A stretch of DNA of 64,000 bases from a bacterium (GTDB lineage Bacteria > UBA8248), in contig OY843592.1 in NCBI GenBank assembly GCA_963692865.2, positions 2,528,001-2,592,000 on the forward strand, in the 5' to 3' direction. The stretch's first letter is position 1; every line of letters starts with the position of its first letter. The position numbers and the translations under genes are program-made. Positions 55,972 to 64,000 of the stretch are shown here, one piece after another. The notes under the pieces were generated by a model. That model worked only from the letters and a program-made list of their open reading frames with translations. It was not told the origin of the DNA and searched no databases.

Positions 55972-58228
55972 TGGAAGCCGCCCTTTGCTTTTCAGGCGTT
56001 ATGTCCACAGCAGGCGTCAGTGGCAACGTAACGCGAAAAACGGAACCCGCCGGATGGTTGTCCCGCACGCTAATCGTTCCATTGTGATCGGCCACAATGC
56101 GGTGGCATATAGCCAAACCCAAGCCGGAGCCTCTATCTTTCGTGGAAAAATATGGCGAGAATATATGGCCTTTCATATTTTCCGATATCCCCTGCCCCTG
56201 GTCGACAACTTCAACAACTATCATGTTTCTGTCCTTATCACTCCATGCCTGCAAATCTACCCTGCCCTCGACCTCGTGGGATTCGAATGCGTTTTCCAGC
56301 AAATTGATGAACACGCGTTGCAACTGCTCGGAGTCCGCCATGACAGATGCGTTCCCGACATCGATATGAATGGAAAATTTCACATTCCCCTTCCTGCCGC
56401 GATATAAATTCGCGACATCCTCGATGAGGGGAACAAACCCGCAAAGTCTTAATCTCGGCTCCGGCATTCGCGCAAAGCGGCTGAATTCATTCACCATTTC
56501 AATCAGACTCGTCACCTGATTGATAATGGTATCCGTACAAGATTCAAATACTTCTACGAAGTCATAGGCTTCGCTTTCAAATTTTCTTTTCATTCTCTCG
56601 ACGGAGAGCTGGATCGGGGTAAGCGGATTTTTGATCTCATGCGCAATGCCACGAGCCACTTCCTGCCACGCGGCCACTTTTTGGGCCCGTATCAGGGCCG
56701 TCATGTCATCAAACACAATGACGGCTCCGATTCTGCCGCCATCCGCGCTATTGAGCAAAGTCAAGCTGGCGCGCAACGTCAACACCCGGCCATCAATCAT
56801 GATCTCTACCTGCTCCGAAGCGCTTTGATGTTTTTGGCCCCTCATGGAACGCATCAACTGGCGAACAGGTTCAAGATGCGCACTTTCGAAAACCTCGCTG
56901 AACATTCGTCCCACGGCATGCTGAGGTTCGATTCCCAACAATTCCCCAGCCGCTTTATTGAGGGTAGTAACACGCCCTCGGCGATTGATTGATATCACAC
57001 CGGCTGCGATATTTTCGAGCATCGCTTCCATATATCGGCGCCTGCTGTCGATTTCCAAGTTGGAGCGCCGCAGGATTTCAGAGGATTCTTCGATTTTCTC
57101 CTTATTTGCCAACAATTCCTCCGTCATGCCGTTGAATGCGTTGACCAAAAGCCCCACTTCGCCATCCGCTTGCGCATCTACGCGATGTTCGAGGTCGCCG
57201 CCCGACACCGCTCTTGTGGCTTGCGCTAATTTTTCGATGGGAACCGTGATCCCGCGAGCGAGGTAGAAGCCAAACCAGATGGCGGCAAACAGAATGAGCA
57301 AGGTGACCACGAGAAAAGTGATAATGTAGTTCGCTTTGATTGGATTCTTGGATTGCTCCAACTCTTTATAATTCACGAAAGAATCCGATATGCTCCTTAT
57401 CTTCTCAACAAGCCTATCCGACAGATATTTGGATATAACAACAAATCCCACCACTTTTTTTTGAACCTTCAAAGGCGCCACGCCATAGATGACGTCGCCT
57501 TTTTCCCAATTTTCCACACTTGATCGCGACTCCCCGTCAATTACCTGATCCACGTATCCCACCAATGGCGAGAACGTTGTGGCCCGCTCCAACCCCGGAC
57601 GCCTGAGCGACATGATCTCCTTCCGCTCTTTATCGTAGAGTTGGATAAAATCGACCCCCAAGCTCTTTCTCTCAGCCGCCAGCGTTTTTTCAATCGCCTT
57701 GTGGTTTTCCATGATGTCGGGGTGCGTCTTCTCCAACACAGACGCAAGACGACTCGCGCTGAACAGCGCGTTTCGCTCCACTTCGCGGTAATACGTTTGA
57801 GCTACTTCGAACGAGCCCTTGAGCGCGCTCTCCACATTCATGTTGAACAAGGCGTTGAAACTCTGGTTAATCAAGCCGCTGGCCACTATAAAAAGAGCCA
57901 TTACGGGAATGAGCGCAAACCCGACAAAAGCCAACACGAGTTTTAGTTGCAATCGTGAGCGACCGGCGCCCGTTCTCCCTTCGTAGTAAAGACGCACCAG
58001 ATTCTTCGCTATCAAGAGAATAACCACCAGGAGCAGAATGATACTCAGATTCACGAGCGCAAATACGACGACGTTGTTGAGCAGAGGGACTCCCGGCTCG
58101 AGTTCTTTGAAATAAATCCAAGCCGTGAACGAAAGGGTCGCAATTACGATCGAAGCGATGAAGAGGCGCAGAAGCGTTCTTCGCCGGCGCGAGGAGATTT
58201 CTTGATTGTTCAGTCGTTTTGAATACAC
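55964..58228 (-). CDS. ntrY: NtrY-type sensor histidine kinase (TMs, periplasmic domain, HAMP, PAS, HisKA, HATPase)
   Basis: WQEVARGIAHEIKNPLTPIQLSVER, MVNEFSRFARMP, NLLENA, DQGQG, PYFSTK..GSGLGL. Overlaps the regulator start. Confidence 0.92.
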   Translation of the reverse strand: MYSKRLNNQEISSRRRRTLLRLFIASIVIATLSFTAWIYFKELEPGVPLLNNVVVFALVNLSIILLLVVILLIAKNLVRLYYEGRTGAGRSRLQLKLVLAFVGFALIPVMALFIVASGLINQSFNALFNMNVESALKGSFEVAQTYYREVERNALFSASRLASVLEKTHPDIMENHKAIEKTLAAERKSLGVDFIQLYDKERKEIMSLRRPGLERATTFSPLVGYVDQVIDGESRSSVENWEKGDVIYGVAPLKVQKKVVGFVVISKYLSDRLVEKIRSISDSFVNYKELEQSKNPIKANYIITFLVVTLLILFAAIWFGFYLARGITVPIEKLAQATRAVSGGDLEHRVDAQADGEVGLLVNAFNGMTEELLANKEKIEESSEILRRSNLEIDSRRRYMEAMLENIAAGVISINRRGRVTTLNKAAGELLGIEPQHAVGRMFSEVFESAHLEPVRQLMRSMRGQKHQSASEQVEIMIDGRVLTLRASLTLLNSADGGRIGAVIVFDDMTALIRAQKVAAWQEVARGIAHEIKNPLTPIQLSVERMKRKFESEAYDFVEVFESCTDTIINQVTSLIEMVNEFSRFARMPEPRLRLCGFVPLIEDVANLYRGRKGNVKFSIHIDVGNASVMADSEQLQRVFINLLENAFESHEVEGRVDLQAWSDKDRNMIVVEVVDQGQGISENMKGHIFSPYFSTKDRGSGLGLAICHRIVADHNGTISVRDNHPAGSVFRVTLPLTPAVDITPEKQRAASIG

Positions 58229-58231
58229 AAC

Positions 58232-58837
58232 TCACATTCCTTGAAAGCCAAATGTCCGCGAATAACTCCAATCAGACTTCTTCCCCCAAAAAGCGAGTAA
58301 GTAATTAAAAGGAAAAACAAAATCTACATAATTCAACCGCGCTCTGATTTTGACATAATATCGATTATTGGGAGGCAATGCTTCACCAGAGAGAATGGGC
58401 GCGCCATTCAACTCGCGCATCCAGTCCATCATTTTGCCTTGGCTTTTTGTCACTTTTTTCTCAATGTCTTTTGCACCCTCTTTAAGATGAAAAGTATATG
58501 TTTTTTTCAACGCGCTATATTTCACCTGATGATGCAATTGTCGCGAAGAGACTTCCAAATCGTGGATCAGCTTTCGAGAGCGCAGGAGACTTACATCAAA
58601 AATAAACTTTGTGGGCACGCCGCTATGGATGGCTTCCAGCAGTTTTGGCGAAAATACGCCCAAAAGAGAACCAAAAACGAGCAACTCTCCATTTTTCTGA
58701 ACAACGATGATATCTTTTATTCGAATTCCACCTTGGTCATCCGTTGCGGAAAGCGCTGGATCCACCAGAGCAAAGAGCGCACAGATGGTAAGGGCGAACA
58801 TTCCCACAACAAATGTTTTCCGGGTTTCGGGCAACAT
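58232..58837 (-). CDS. DUF4390-like exported protein
   Basis: Signal peptide, EAIHSGVPTKF, VKYSALKKTY, YYVKIRARL, SDW; lies directly upstream of ntrY, the usual position for this family. Confidence 0.8.
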   Translation of the reverse strand: MLPETRKTFVVGMFALTICALFALVDPALSATDDQGGIRIKDIIVVQKNGELLVFGSLLGVFSPKLLEAIHSGVPTKFIFDVSLLRSRKLIHDLEVSSRQLHHQVKYSALKKTYTFHLKEGAKDIEKKVTKSQGKMMDWMRELNGAPILSGEALPPNNRYYVKIRARLNYVDFVFPFNYLLAFWGKKSDWSYSRTFGFQGM

Positions 58838-58862
58838 ATGCTCCCCTTGACCTTTAAGTCGA

Positions 58863-58891
58863 ATGCTATCGCATAAGCGCAAAGCTCTCAA
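58863..58891 (-). promoter_or_regulatory. Candidate sigma-70 promoter of the DUF4390-ntrY-ntrX::lpxC operon
   Basis: Minus strand TTGAGA-N17-TAGCAT, then GGGGAG RBS before ATG 58837. Confidence 0.45.
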
Positions 58892-58969
58892 TCCCGTGTT
58901 TCGTTTCTCTGTCCTCAAGGCTTCGTCAAACGCATCCAGATTGCGCACCGCGCTCTACATCCATTTTTC

Positions 58970-61651
58970 TCACCTCTCACCATTCTTCATCATCCTCCGG
59001 ATTTCATACAGAGCTTCGAGAGCTTGACGAGGCGTCATGGAATCTGGCTCAAGACCTTTCAATACCTCTTCAATCTGCGATTCCGCGCGTGCGAACAAGG
59101 GTAGTTGTCCATTTTCACGGCGATTTTCCAAAAAAGATTTTTCCTCGCCGGAATGGGACATGGCTTCCGCGTTCTCGAACTTAGAGAGCAGAATCTTCGC
59201 TCTGTCGATAACTTTTTCTGGGAGCCCCGCCAACCTGCCTACCTGAATGCCGTAGCTTCTATCGCAACTCCCATCGGTTACTTTTCTTAAAAAAACGATT
59301 TCATCACCCCATTCTCGAACTTCGACCGTTAAGTTTTTTACACAATCAAGCTCTTTCGAGAGTTCGGCCAACTCATGATAATGGGTCGCGAACAAGGTCC
59401 TCGCCCTGTGACGGACCTCATTGTGAAGATACTCTACAACCGACCAGGCGATGCTCACTCCGTCGTAAGTGCTCGTGCCGCGACCGACTTCGTCCAGCAC
59501 GATGAAACTCCTCTGTGTCGCCTCCCTCAATATGGTGGCGGTCTCCACCATCTCCACCATGAAGGTGCTTTGGCCCTCCAAAAGCCGGTCATGCGCGCCG
59601 ACGCGAGTAAACACCCTATCGACCAAACCGATTTTCGCGCTCTTGGCGGGTACGAAGCCGCCGATTTGAGCCATCAGAACGATGAGTGCAGACTGACGCA
59701 GATAAGTGGACTTTCCGGCCATATTCGGCCCTGTAATGATGAGTATTCGACGATCGTCGCGAATCGACAAATCATTCGGCACGAAAGACAGGCCGGGATT
59801 CTCCGCTTCCATTACAGGATGTCTGCCCTCGATGATTTCAAGATTCGTTGAATCCATAATTTGGGGTCTGACGTATCCATGTTTGCGTGCAACGAGCGCC
59901 AATGACAAAACGGCATCAAGAAGCGCTATCCTCTCCGCTGTAGCGAGTATACGCTGGGCCTGTTTCGATATTTGCGCTCTTAAGCGCCCAAAAAGCATGA
60001 ACTCGAGATGCCGGGTTTTCTCCTCTGCGCCGAGGATGTCCTCTTCCATCTTTTTTAACTCGGCAGTGATGTAACGCTCCGCAGAAACGAGGGTCTGCTT
60101 GCGCGTGTATTCCATCGGCGCCTGTTCGCTGAAGCGTTTGGCTATTTCGAGATAATATCCAAAAACACGGTTAAACCCGATTTTCAACGGCAGCCCCGTT
60201 CGTTGTCTTTCCTGGTTTTCGTAATCCTTCAGCCATGTATCGCCCTCCTGCTGCGCTCTTCTCAATCGAGCGAGTTCCTGGTCATAATCAGCACGGAAAA
60301 TTCCACCTTCTCGGATCGAAGCGGGCGGGTCATCCACAATCGCGCTTTTGAGTTCCAGCGCTACCTCCTCAAGAGAATCCCACCCCGATAAGACGGAGCG
60401 AAACAACTCGGAACCCGCCTCCCGTAACGCTCCACAAACCTCCGGCAACTGGGCCAAAGACGCGCCGAGCCCCGCCATATCCCGGGCATTCGCCGTTTGA
60501 GAACCCACACGACCCAAGAGCCGCTCGATGTCTTGAATGGGTTCCAGGGCGTTTCTGAGCATATTCAGGAACTCGGGGTTGTCCACGAGTTCCTGTACGG
60601 ATTCGGCGCGGTAATCAATGGATTTTTTTTCAATCAAAGGCGAAAGCACCCATTTTTTCAGCAGCCGCCCTCCCATTCCCGTCACGGTCTCATCCAGCAA
60701 GCCAAGCAAAGTCCCCTTTTTGCCACGATCCACGGCCGACCGGGTGAGTTCTAAATTTCGCAATGTGGCCGCATCGAGGAGCATGGTGTCCGAGAGTCGG
60801 GAGAAAAACACTGGTTTGATATGGGGAAAATCACCAGGCAGGTTTTCTTTGAGATACGTCAAGACACTTACCGCGGAATCCACCGCTGCCGGATTCGCTA
60901 GAACATTCGCTTCATCCGGAAAGACGGAGGCCAGGTTTTTGAAATCAGGCGGTTCGTTAAAAGTGGAGGCCGGTCTTTTTTCGACATGAATGCGCAGTTC
61001 CTCAATTTTGTTTTTCAACTCATCGGTCGGAGAAAATGCGTCGGGCAAGATGAGTTCACGAGGAGAGAGCCTCTCCAATTGGTTGCAAATAAGCGTCTCG
61101 GCGGCATCGTCTTCCGCCTGGGTCGCACAAAATTCACCGGTCGAACTATCGAGCCATGCCATCCCCCAAAGCGTTTTTCCTTCTCTTGCCGATACGGTGA
61201 GCCCCGCCAAATATTGAGATTCCTTGCTATCCAGCAACTCGAGGTCGGCAATCGAGGTTCCCGGAGTAAGGACGCGAGTCACCTCGCGCTTCACTACTCC
61301 CCTACTTTCTCCCGCATCTTCCACCTGTTCGCATATGGCGACTTTATAGCCTGCTTCCAGTAATCGCCCACAATAAGAGGATGCCGAATGGCAGGGTACG
61401 CCACACATCGGGATGGGCCCCTTGTCATCACTCTGGCGCGACGTCAACGTGAGTTCCAGGACTTTGGCCCCCAGTTCCGCATCTTCATAGAACATCTCGA
61501 AAAAATCACCCAGCTGAAAAAAAAGCATCGCGTCTGGATAGCGTCTTTTCGTTTCCAGGTATTGGCGCATCGCGGGAGATGGGCCACGACTCTTCTTGTC
61601 CGGCCTGGTTTTTTCTTTTTGGGGTTGCAGAGCGCCTTTGGGGAAAGACAT
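58970..61651 (-). CDS. mutS: DNA mismatch repair protein MutS
   Basis: PAMRQY, GDFFEMF, PMCGVP, GRHPVME, TGPNMAGKSTYLRQ, STFMVEM, LDEVGRGTSTYDG, FATHYHEL, SYGIQV. Confidence 0.98.
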   Translation of the reverse strand: MSFPKGALQPQKEKTRPDKKSRGPSPAMRQYLETKRRYPDAMLFFQLGDFFEMFYEDAELGAKVLELTLTSRQSDDKGPIPMCGVPCHSASSYCGRLLEAGYKVAICEQVEDAGESRGVVKREVTRVLTPGTSIADLELLDSKESQYLAGLTVSAREGKTLWGMAWLDSSTGEFCATQAEDDAAETLICNQLERLSPRELILPDAFSPTDELKNKIEELRIHVEKRPASTFNEPPDFKNLASVFPDEANVLANPAAVDSAVSVLTYLKENLPGDFPHIKPVFFSRLSDTMLLDAATLRNLELTRSAVDRGKKGTLLGLLDETVTGMGGRLLKKWVLSPLIEKKSIDYRAESVQELVDNPEFLNMLRNALEPIQDIERLLGRVGSQTANARDMAGLGASLAQLPEVCGALREAGSELFRSVLSGWDSLEEVALELKSAIVDDPPASIREGGIFRADYDQELARLRRAQQEGDTWLKDYENQERQRTGLPLKIGFNRVFGYYLEIAKRFSEQAPMEYTRKQTLVSAERYITAELKKMEEDILGAEEKTRHLEFMLFGRLRAQISKQAQRILATAERIALLDAVLSLALVARKHGYVRPQIMDSTNLEIIEGRHPVMEAENPGLSFVPNDLSIRDDRRILIITGPNMAGKSTYLRQSALIVLMAQIGGFVPAKSAKIGLVDRVFTRVGAHDRLLEGQSTFMVEMVETATILREATQRSFIVLDEVGRGTSTYDGVSIAWSVVEYLHNEVRHRARTLFATHYHELAELSKELDCVKNLTVEVREWGDEIVFLRKVTDGSCDRSYGIQVGRLAGLPEKVIDRAKILLSKFENAEAMSHSGEEKSFLENRRENGQLPLFARAESQIEEVLKGLEPDSMTPRQALEALYEIRRMMKNGER

Positions 61652-61653
61652 GC

Positions 61654-62052
61654 CTACTCCGCCTTCGATTCGCGGGGCGAGAGGCTCGCCTGAGATTTGG
61701 AATCAGTTTTCGATGTACGTTCATCAAGTGCGGTTGCGGATTCGTCAGCTTCTGGATTTCCCATCGCAAGGAGTCTGCCGCTTTTATCACCCGCCTTATC
61801 CAGATTGCTCTCCAACGCCTTTACCTCGCGTTTCAATTTTCCGATTTGGTTCCTGAACCTCAACCTGTCCAATACCCCGCCAAACCATGCCGCGATGAAT
61901 CCGAACGCAAACACGGCCAACAGCACATAAAAAAGAGGCAGGCTGATGCTGCCTTGATAATAGGCGACAGTGACCGGTTCCATGTTGATGACACCAAAAC
62001 TCGTAATCACCAACGCCAGAATCAAACCGATGATGAGTCGAAGACTACCCAT
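61654..62052 (-). CDS. lapA: Lipopolysaccharide assembly protein A (LapA/DUF1049 family)
   Basis: TM1-FGVINMEPVTV...SLPLFYVLL-TM2-coiled coil (RNQIGKLKREVKALE); GGTGGTG RBS before ATG 62052. Confidence 0.8.
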   Translation of the reverse strand: MGSLRLIIGLILALVITSFGVINMEPVTVAYYQGSISLPLFYVLLAVFAFGFIAAWFGGVLDRLRFRNQIGKLKREVKALESNLDKAGDKSGRLLAMGNPEADESATALDERTSKTDSKSQASLSPRESKAE

Positions 62053-62069
62053 ATCACCACCAAATCCAA

Positions 62070-62235
62070 AGGGTTCTGAGGTTTCAAAATCAGGGCGGAA
62101 TTGATTGCGGATCGTCTCTAAATTATCGGGAATCACCCGCACGCCGCCGGGAGCGGCATAAGATTCTGCTCCATCCTCCCAACGCGGAACGATGTGCACG
62201 TGCGAATGGCCGGTAATTCCTGCGCGGTGGCGTCC
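62070..62235 (-). pseudogene. C-terminal remnant of a HIT-family nucleotide hydrolase, in frame with lapA
   Basis: AGITGHSHVHIVPRW...VRVIPDNLE carries the HxHxH triad. There is no room for the N-terminal ~100 aa before ybeY. Confidence 0.65.
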
Positions 62236-62248
62236 ACGATGTTTCCAC

Positions 62249-62728
62249 TCAAGAATTCTCCGGCTTGCGTCTAGACAGCCATCCCCCGTCAAGCAGACAG
62301 GCGATTCTTTGTTCTTCCTCATTCATGCGCGCGGATTCCGCCTTCGTGTAATGATCATACCCCTTGAGGTGTAAAAGGCCATGCACGAGCAGCCGCTCCG
62401 CCAAGACTCCATAATCAACCGCCTCGGCCTCCGCCTGGCGGAGCACCTCATCCACGCAGATGACCAATTCTCCCCCAAAAGCCTTCCCCTCCCCTTGCTC
62501 GTCCACAGGCGGAAAAGAATCCGCCGGCGGAAAAGCCAACACATCCGTTGTTTCGTCTTCCTCCCGATATCGGGAATTCAACGCGCGCATCTGCTCGTCT
62601 CGAATGAATACGACGCTGAACCAGTCATCTTCGGACCGGAGAGCTTTCCGTATGACGTCCAAATGTTGCCTCAGCGCTTTGTGATCCAGCGCGAACAGCT
62701 TTTGATCGTTTTTGATGAGGACTTCCAT
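62249..62728 (-). CDS. ybeY: rRNA maturation RNase YbeY
   Basis: MRALNSRYR...TDVLAF, GELVIC, VHGLLHLKGYDH. Start ATG 62728. Confidence 0.93.
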   Translation of the reverse strand: MEVLIKNDQKLFALDHKALRQHLDVIRKALRSEDDWFSVVFIRDEQMRALNSRYREEDETTDVLAFPPADSFPPVDEQGEGKAFGGELVICVDEVLRQAEAEAVDYGVLAERLLVHGLLHLKGYDHYTKAESARMNEEEQRIACLLDGGWLSRRKPENS

Positions 62729-64000
62729 TCGCAGCTCCTTTCTTCGGAGCGCCTTCTTGTCCCGGATAATGAATCCGGTGGTGATGAATGCCAACCAAAA
62801 CGCGCATGAAGGCATCCTGAATGTTGCTCAAATCCCTGAGTGTGAGGCTGCAATTGTCCAATTGCCCCTCCACGAAAGCGCTCTGGACGATTCTGTCCAC
62901 CAAGGCGCTCAGGCGGCCGAGAGAATGGTCCGACAGCGAATGCGACGATGCCTCCACCATATCAGCCAGCATCAGGATGCCCGCTTCTCTCGTCTGGGGT
63001 CTTGGCCCCGGATAGCGAAAAAACTCTTCTGTCACGCCATCCCCATTTTGATCCTTCGCCTTCTCGTAAAAAAACCGAATCAAGGATGTGCCATGATGTT
63101 GCTGAATCAAATCGATGATCTCTTTGGGCAGTTGATGGCTTTTGGCAAGTTCCACTCCCTCTTTCACATGGCTGATCAGGATGAGCGCGCTCATGTTGGG
63201 CTTGAGTCTGTCGTGCCGGTTTTCGCGCCCCTGGTTTTCGATGAAATACTCCGGTTTCATCATCTTGCCGATATCGTGGAAATACGCGCCCACGCGCGTT
63301 AGAAGCGGATTCGCGCCGACCGCCTCGGACGCCTCCTCCGCCAGGTTGCCTACGAGAAGGCTGTGGTGGTAGGTGCCTGGCGCGCCGACAACCATCTTTC
63401 TCAGTAGCGGGTGATTCTGGTCGGCCAACTCCAGAAGGCGCATGTCGGTCGTGAGTTTGAAAATCGACTCGAGCAGGGGCATGGCGCCGGCTACGATGAT
63501 GACGTTGGAAAGGCCGCCGAGCAATGCGATGGGAACATCCGTCCATTGCATAATTGCGGCGCGGAAACCCTCCTGCACGTTGAAACCCAGAGCGAGCGCA
63601 GCGCCCAGCAGACCCAGGATGAGCGCCACGATAAGCACGGAAGTCCTGCGACGATATTCTTTCCATCGAATGGCCGACAGCACGCCGCCGGCCAGGGCGA
63701 CAAGGCTGAAGTTCATATGATTCGGCAAAATCAGTCCGGTCAGAACGGCGGAGAAAATCGCCATCAACACCGCGGATGAGCGTCCCAGTAAAACGGCCGC
63801 GAGCAGAGAGGCGGAACAAAATGGAATGACGTAGTAGAACGAGTGTAGTGGAATCCCCCGAAAAGTTTCATGCAACACTTCGGAGAAAAGAATGCCCATT
63901 TTCAGCAAAACAGCCTGGCTTAAAAGCAGTATCACGAAAAGTGTTACGTTTTTTTGCGATGACAAAAAACTCACGTCGTATTTCTGCACGCAAATCCATG
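62625..64000 (-). CDS. 7TM-HD membrane phosphohydrolase (PgpH/YqfF-like); 5' part outside the window
   Basis: Multiple TMs, LLELADQNHPLLR, APGTYHHS, YFHDIGK, FIENQ, SHVKEG, QHHGT, FRYPGPRP, LMLADMVEA. Confidence 0.92.
   Translation of the reverse strand, partial: WICVQKYDVSFLSSQKNVTLFVILLLSQAVLLKMGILFSEVLHETFRGIPLHSFYYVIPFCSASLLAAVLLGRSSAVLMAIFSAVLTGLILPNHMNFSLVALAGGVLSAIRWKEYRRRTSVLIVALILGLLGAALALGFNVQEGFRAAIMQWTDVPIALLGGLSNVIIVAGAMPLLESIFKLTTDMRLLELADQNHPLLRKMVVGAPGTYHHSLLVGNLAEEASEAVGANPLLTRVGAYFHDIGKMMKPEYFIENQGRENRHDRLKPNMSALILISHVKEGVELAKSHQLPKEIIDLIQQHHGTSLIRFFYEKAKDQNGDGVTEEFFRYPGPRPQTREAGILMLADMVEASSHSLSDHSLGRLSALVDRIVQSAFVEGQLDNCSLTLRDLSNIQDAFMRVLVGIHHHRIHYPGQEGAPKKGAANGSPHQKRSKAVRAGSQSAEATFGRHTESSPVRR

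Noticed and set aside
62625-62728. 104-bp overlap of the 7TM-HD gene with ybeY as a possible frameshift
   Set aside because: Both proteins have complete conserved domains; the overlap only encodes a low-complexity tail.

Overview
Bacterial chromosomal window from a Gram-negative, lipid-A-producing organism. Gene order resembles Deltaproteobacteria-like or Nitrospinota-like lineages, which is an inference only. The left ~22 kb is GC-rich and mixed-strand. It holds two metY paralogs, surE-pcm-tRNA-Pro, nlpD-apt-tRNA-Arg, several catabolic enzymes (two alpha/beta hydrolases, an M24 peptidase, an MscR-like Zn dehydrogenase, an FAD/Fe-S oxidoreductase) and bioB. Six intergenic mosaics of nested REP/MITE-like repeats lie within the first 16 kb, and no transposase is present. 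From 22.8 kb to the end, all genes are on the minus strand and most are housekeeping: rtcB, EF-G2, der, amidase, ahcY, metK, PTS/hprK, rpoN, lptCAB, tsaE, nnr, pdxJ, ftsH, tilS, tRNA-Met, proS, ispG, rseP, lolA, purMN, mutS, lapA, ybeY and a 7TM-HD hydrolase. The standout is a DUF4390-ntrY-ntrX operon whose response regulator (REC, degenerate AAA+, HTH) is fused in frame to a complete LpxC with intact catalytic motifs. LpxC is the committed enzyme of lipid A synthesis, so this suggests direct two-component control of LPS synthesis. No CRISPR, rRNA or intact mobile element was found. All calls come from motif recognition by eye; no database searches were run and start codons are best estimates.
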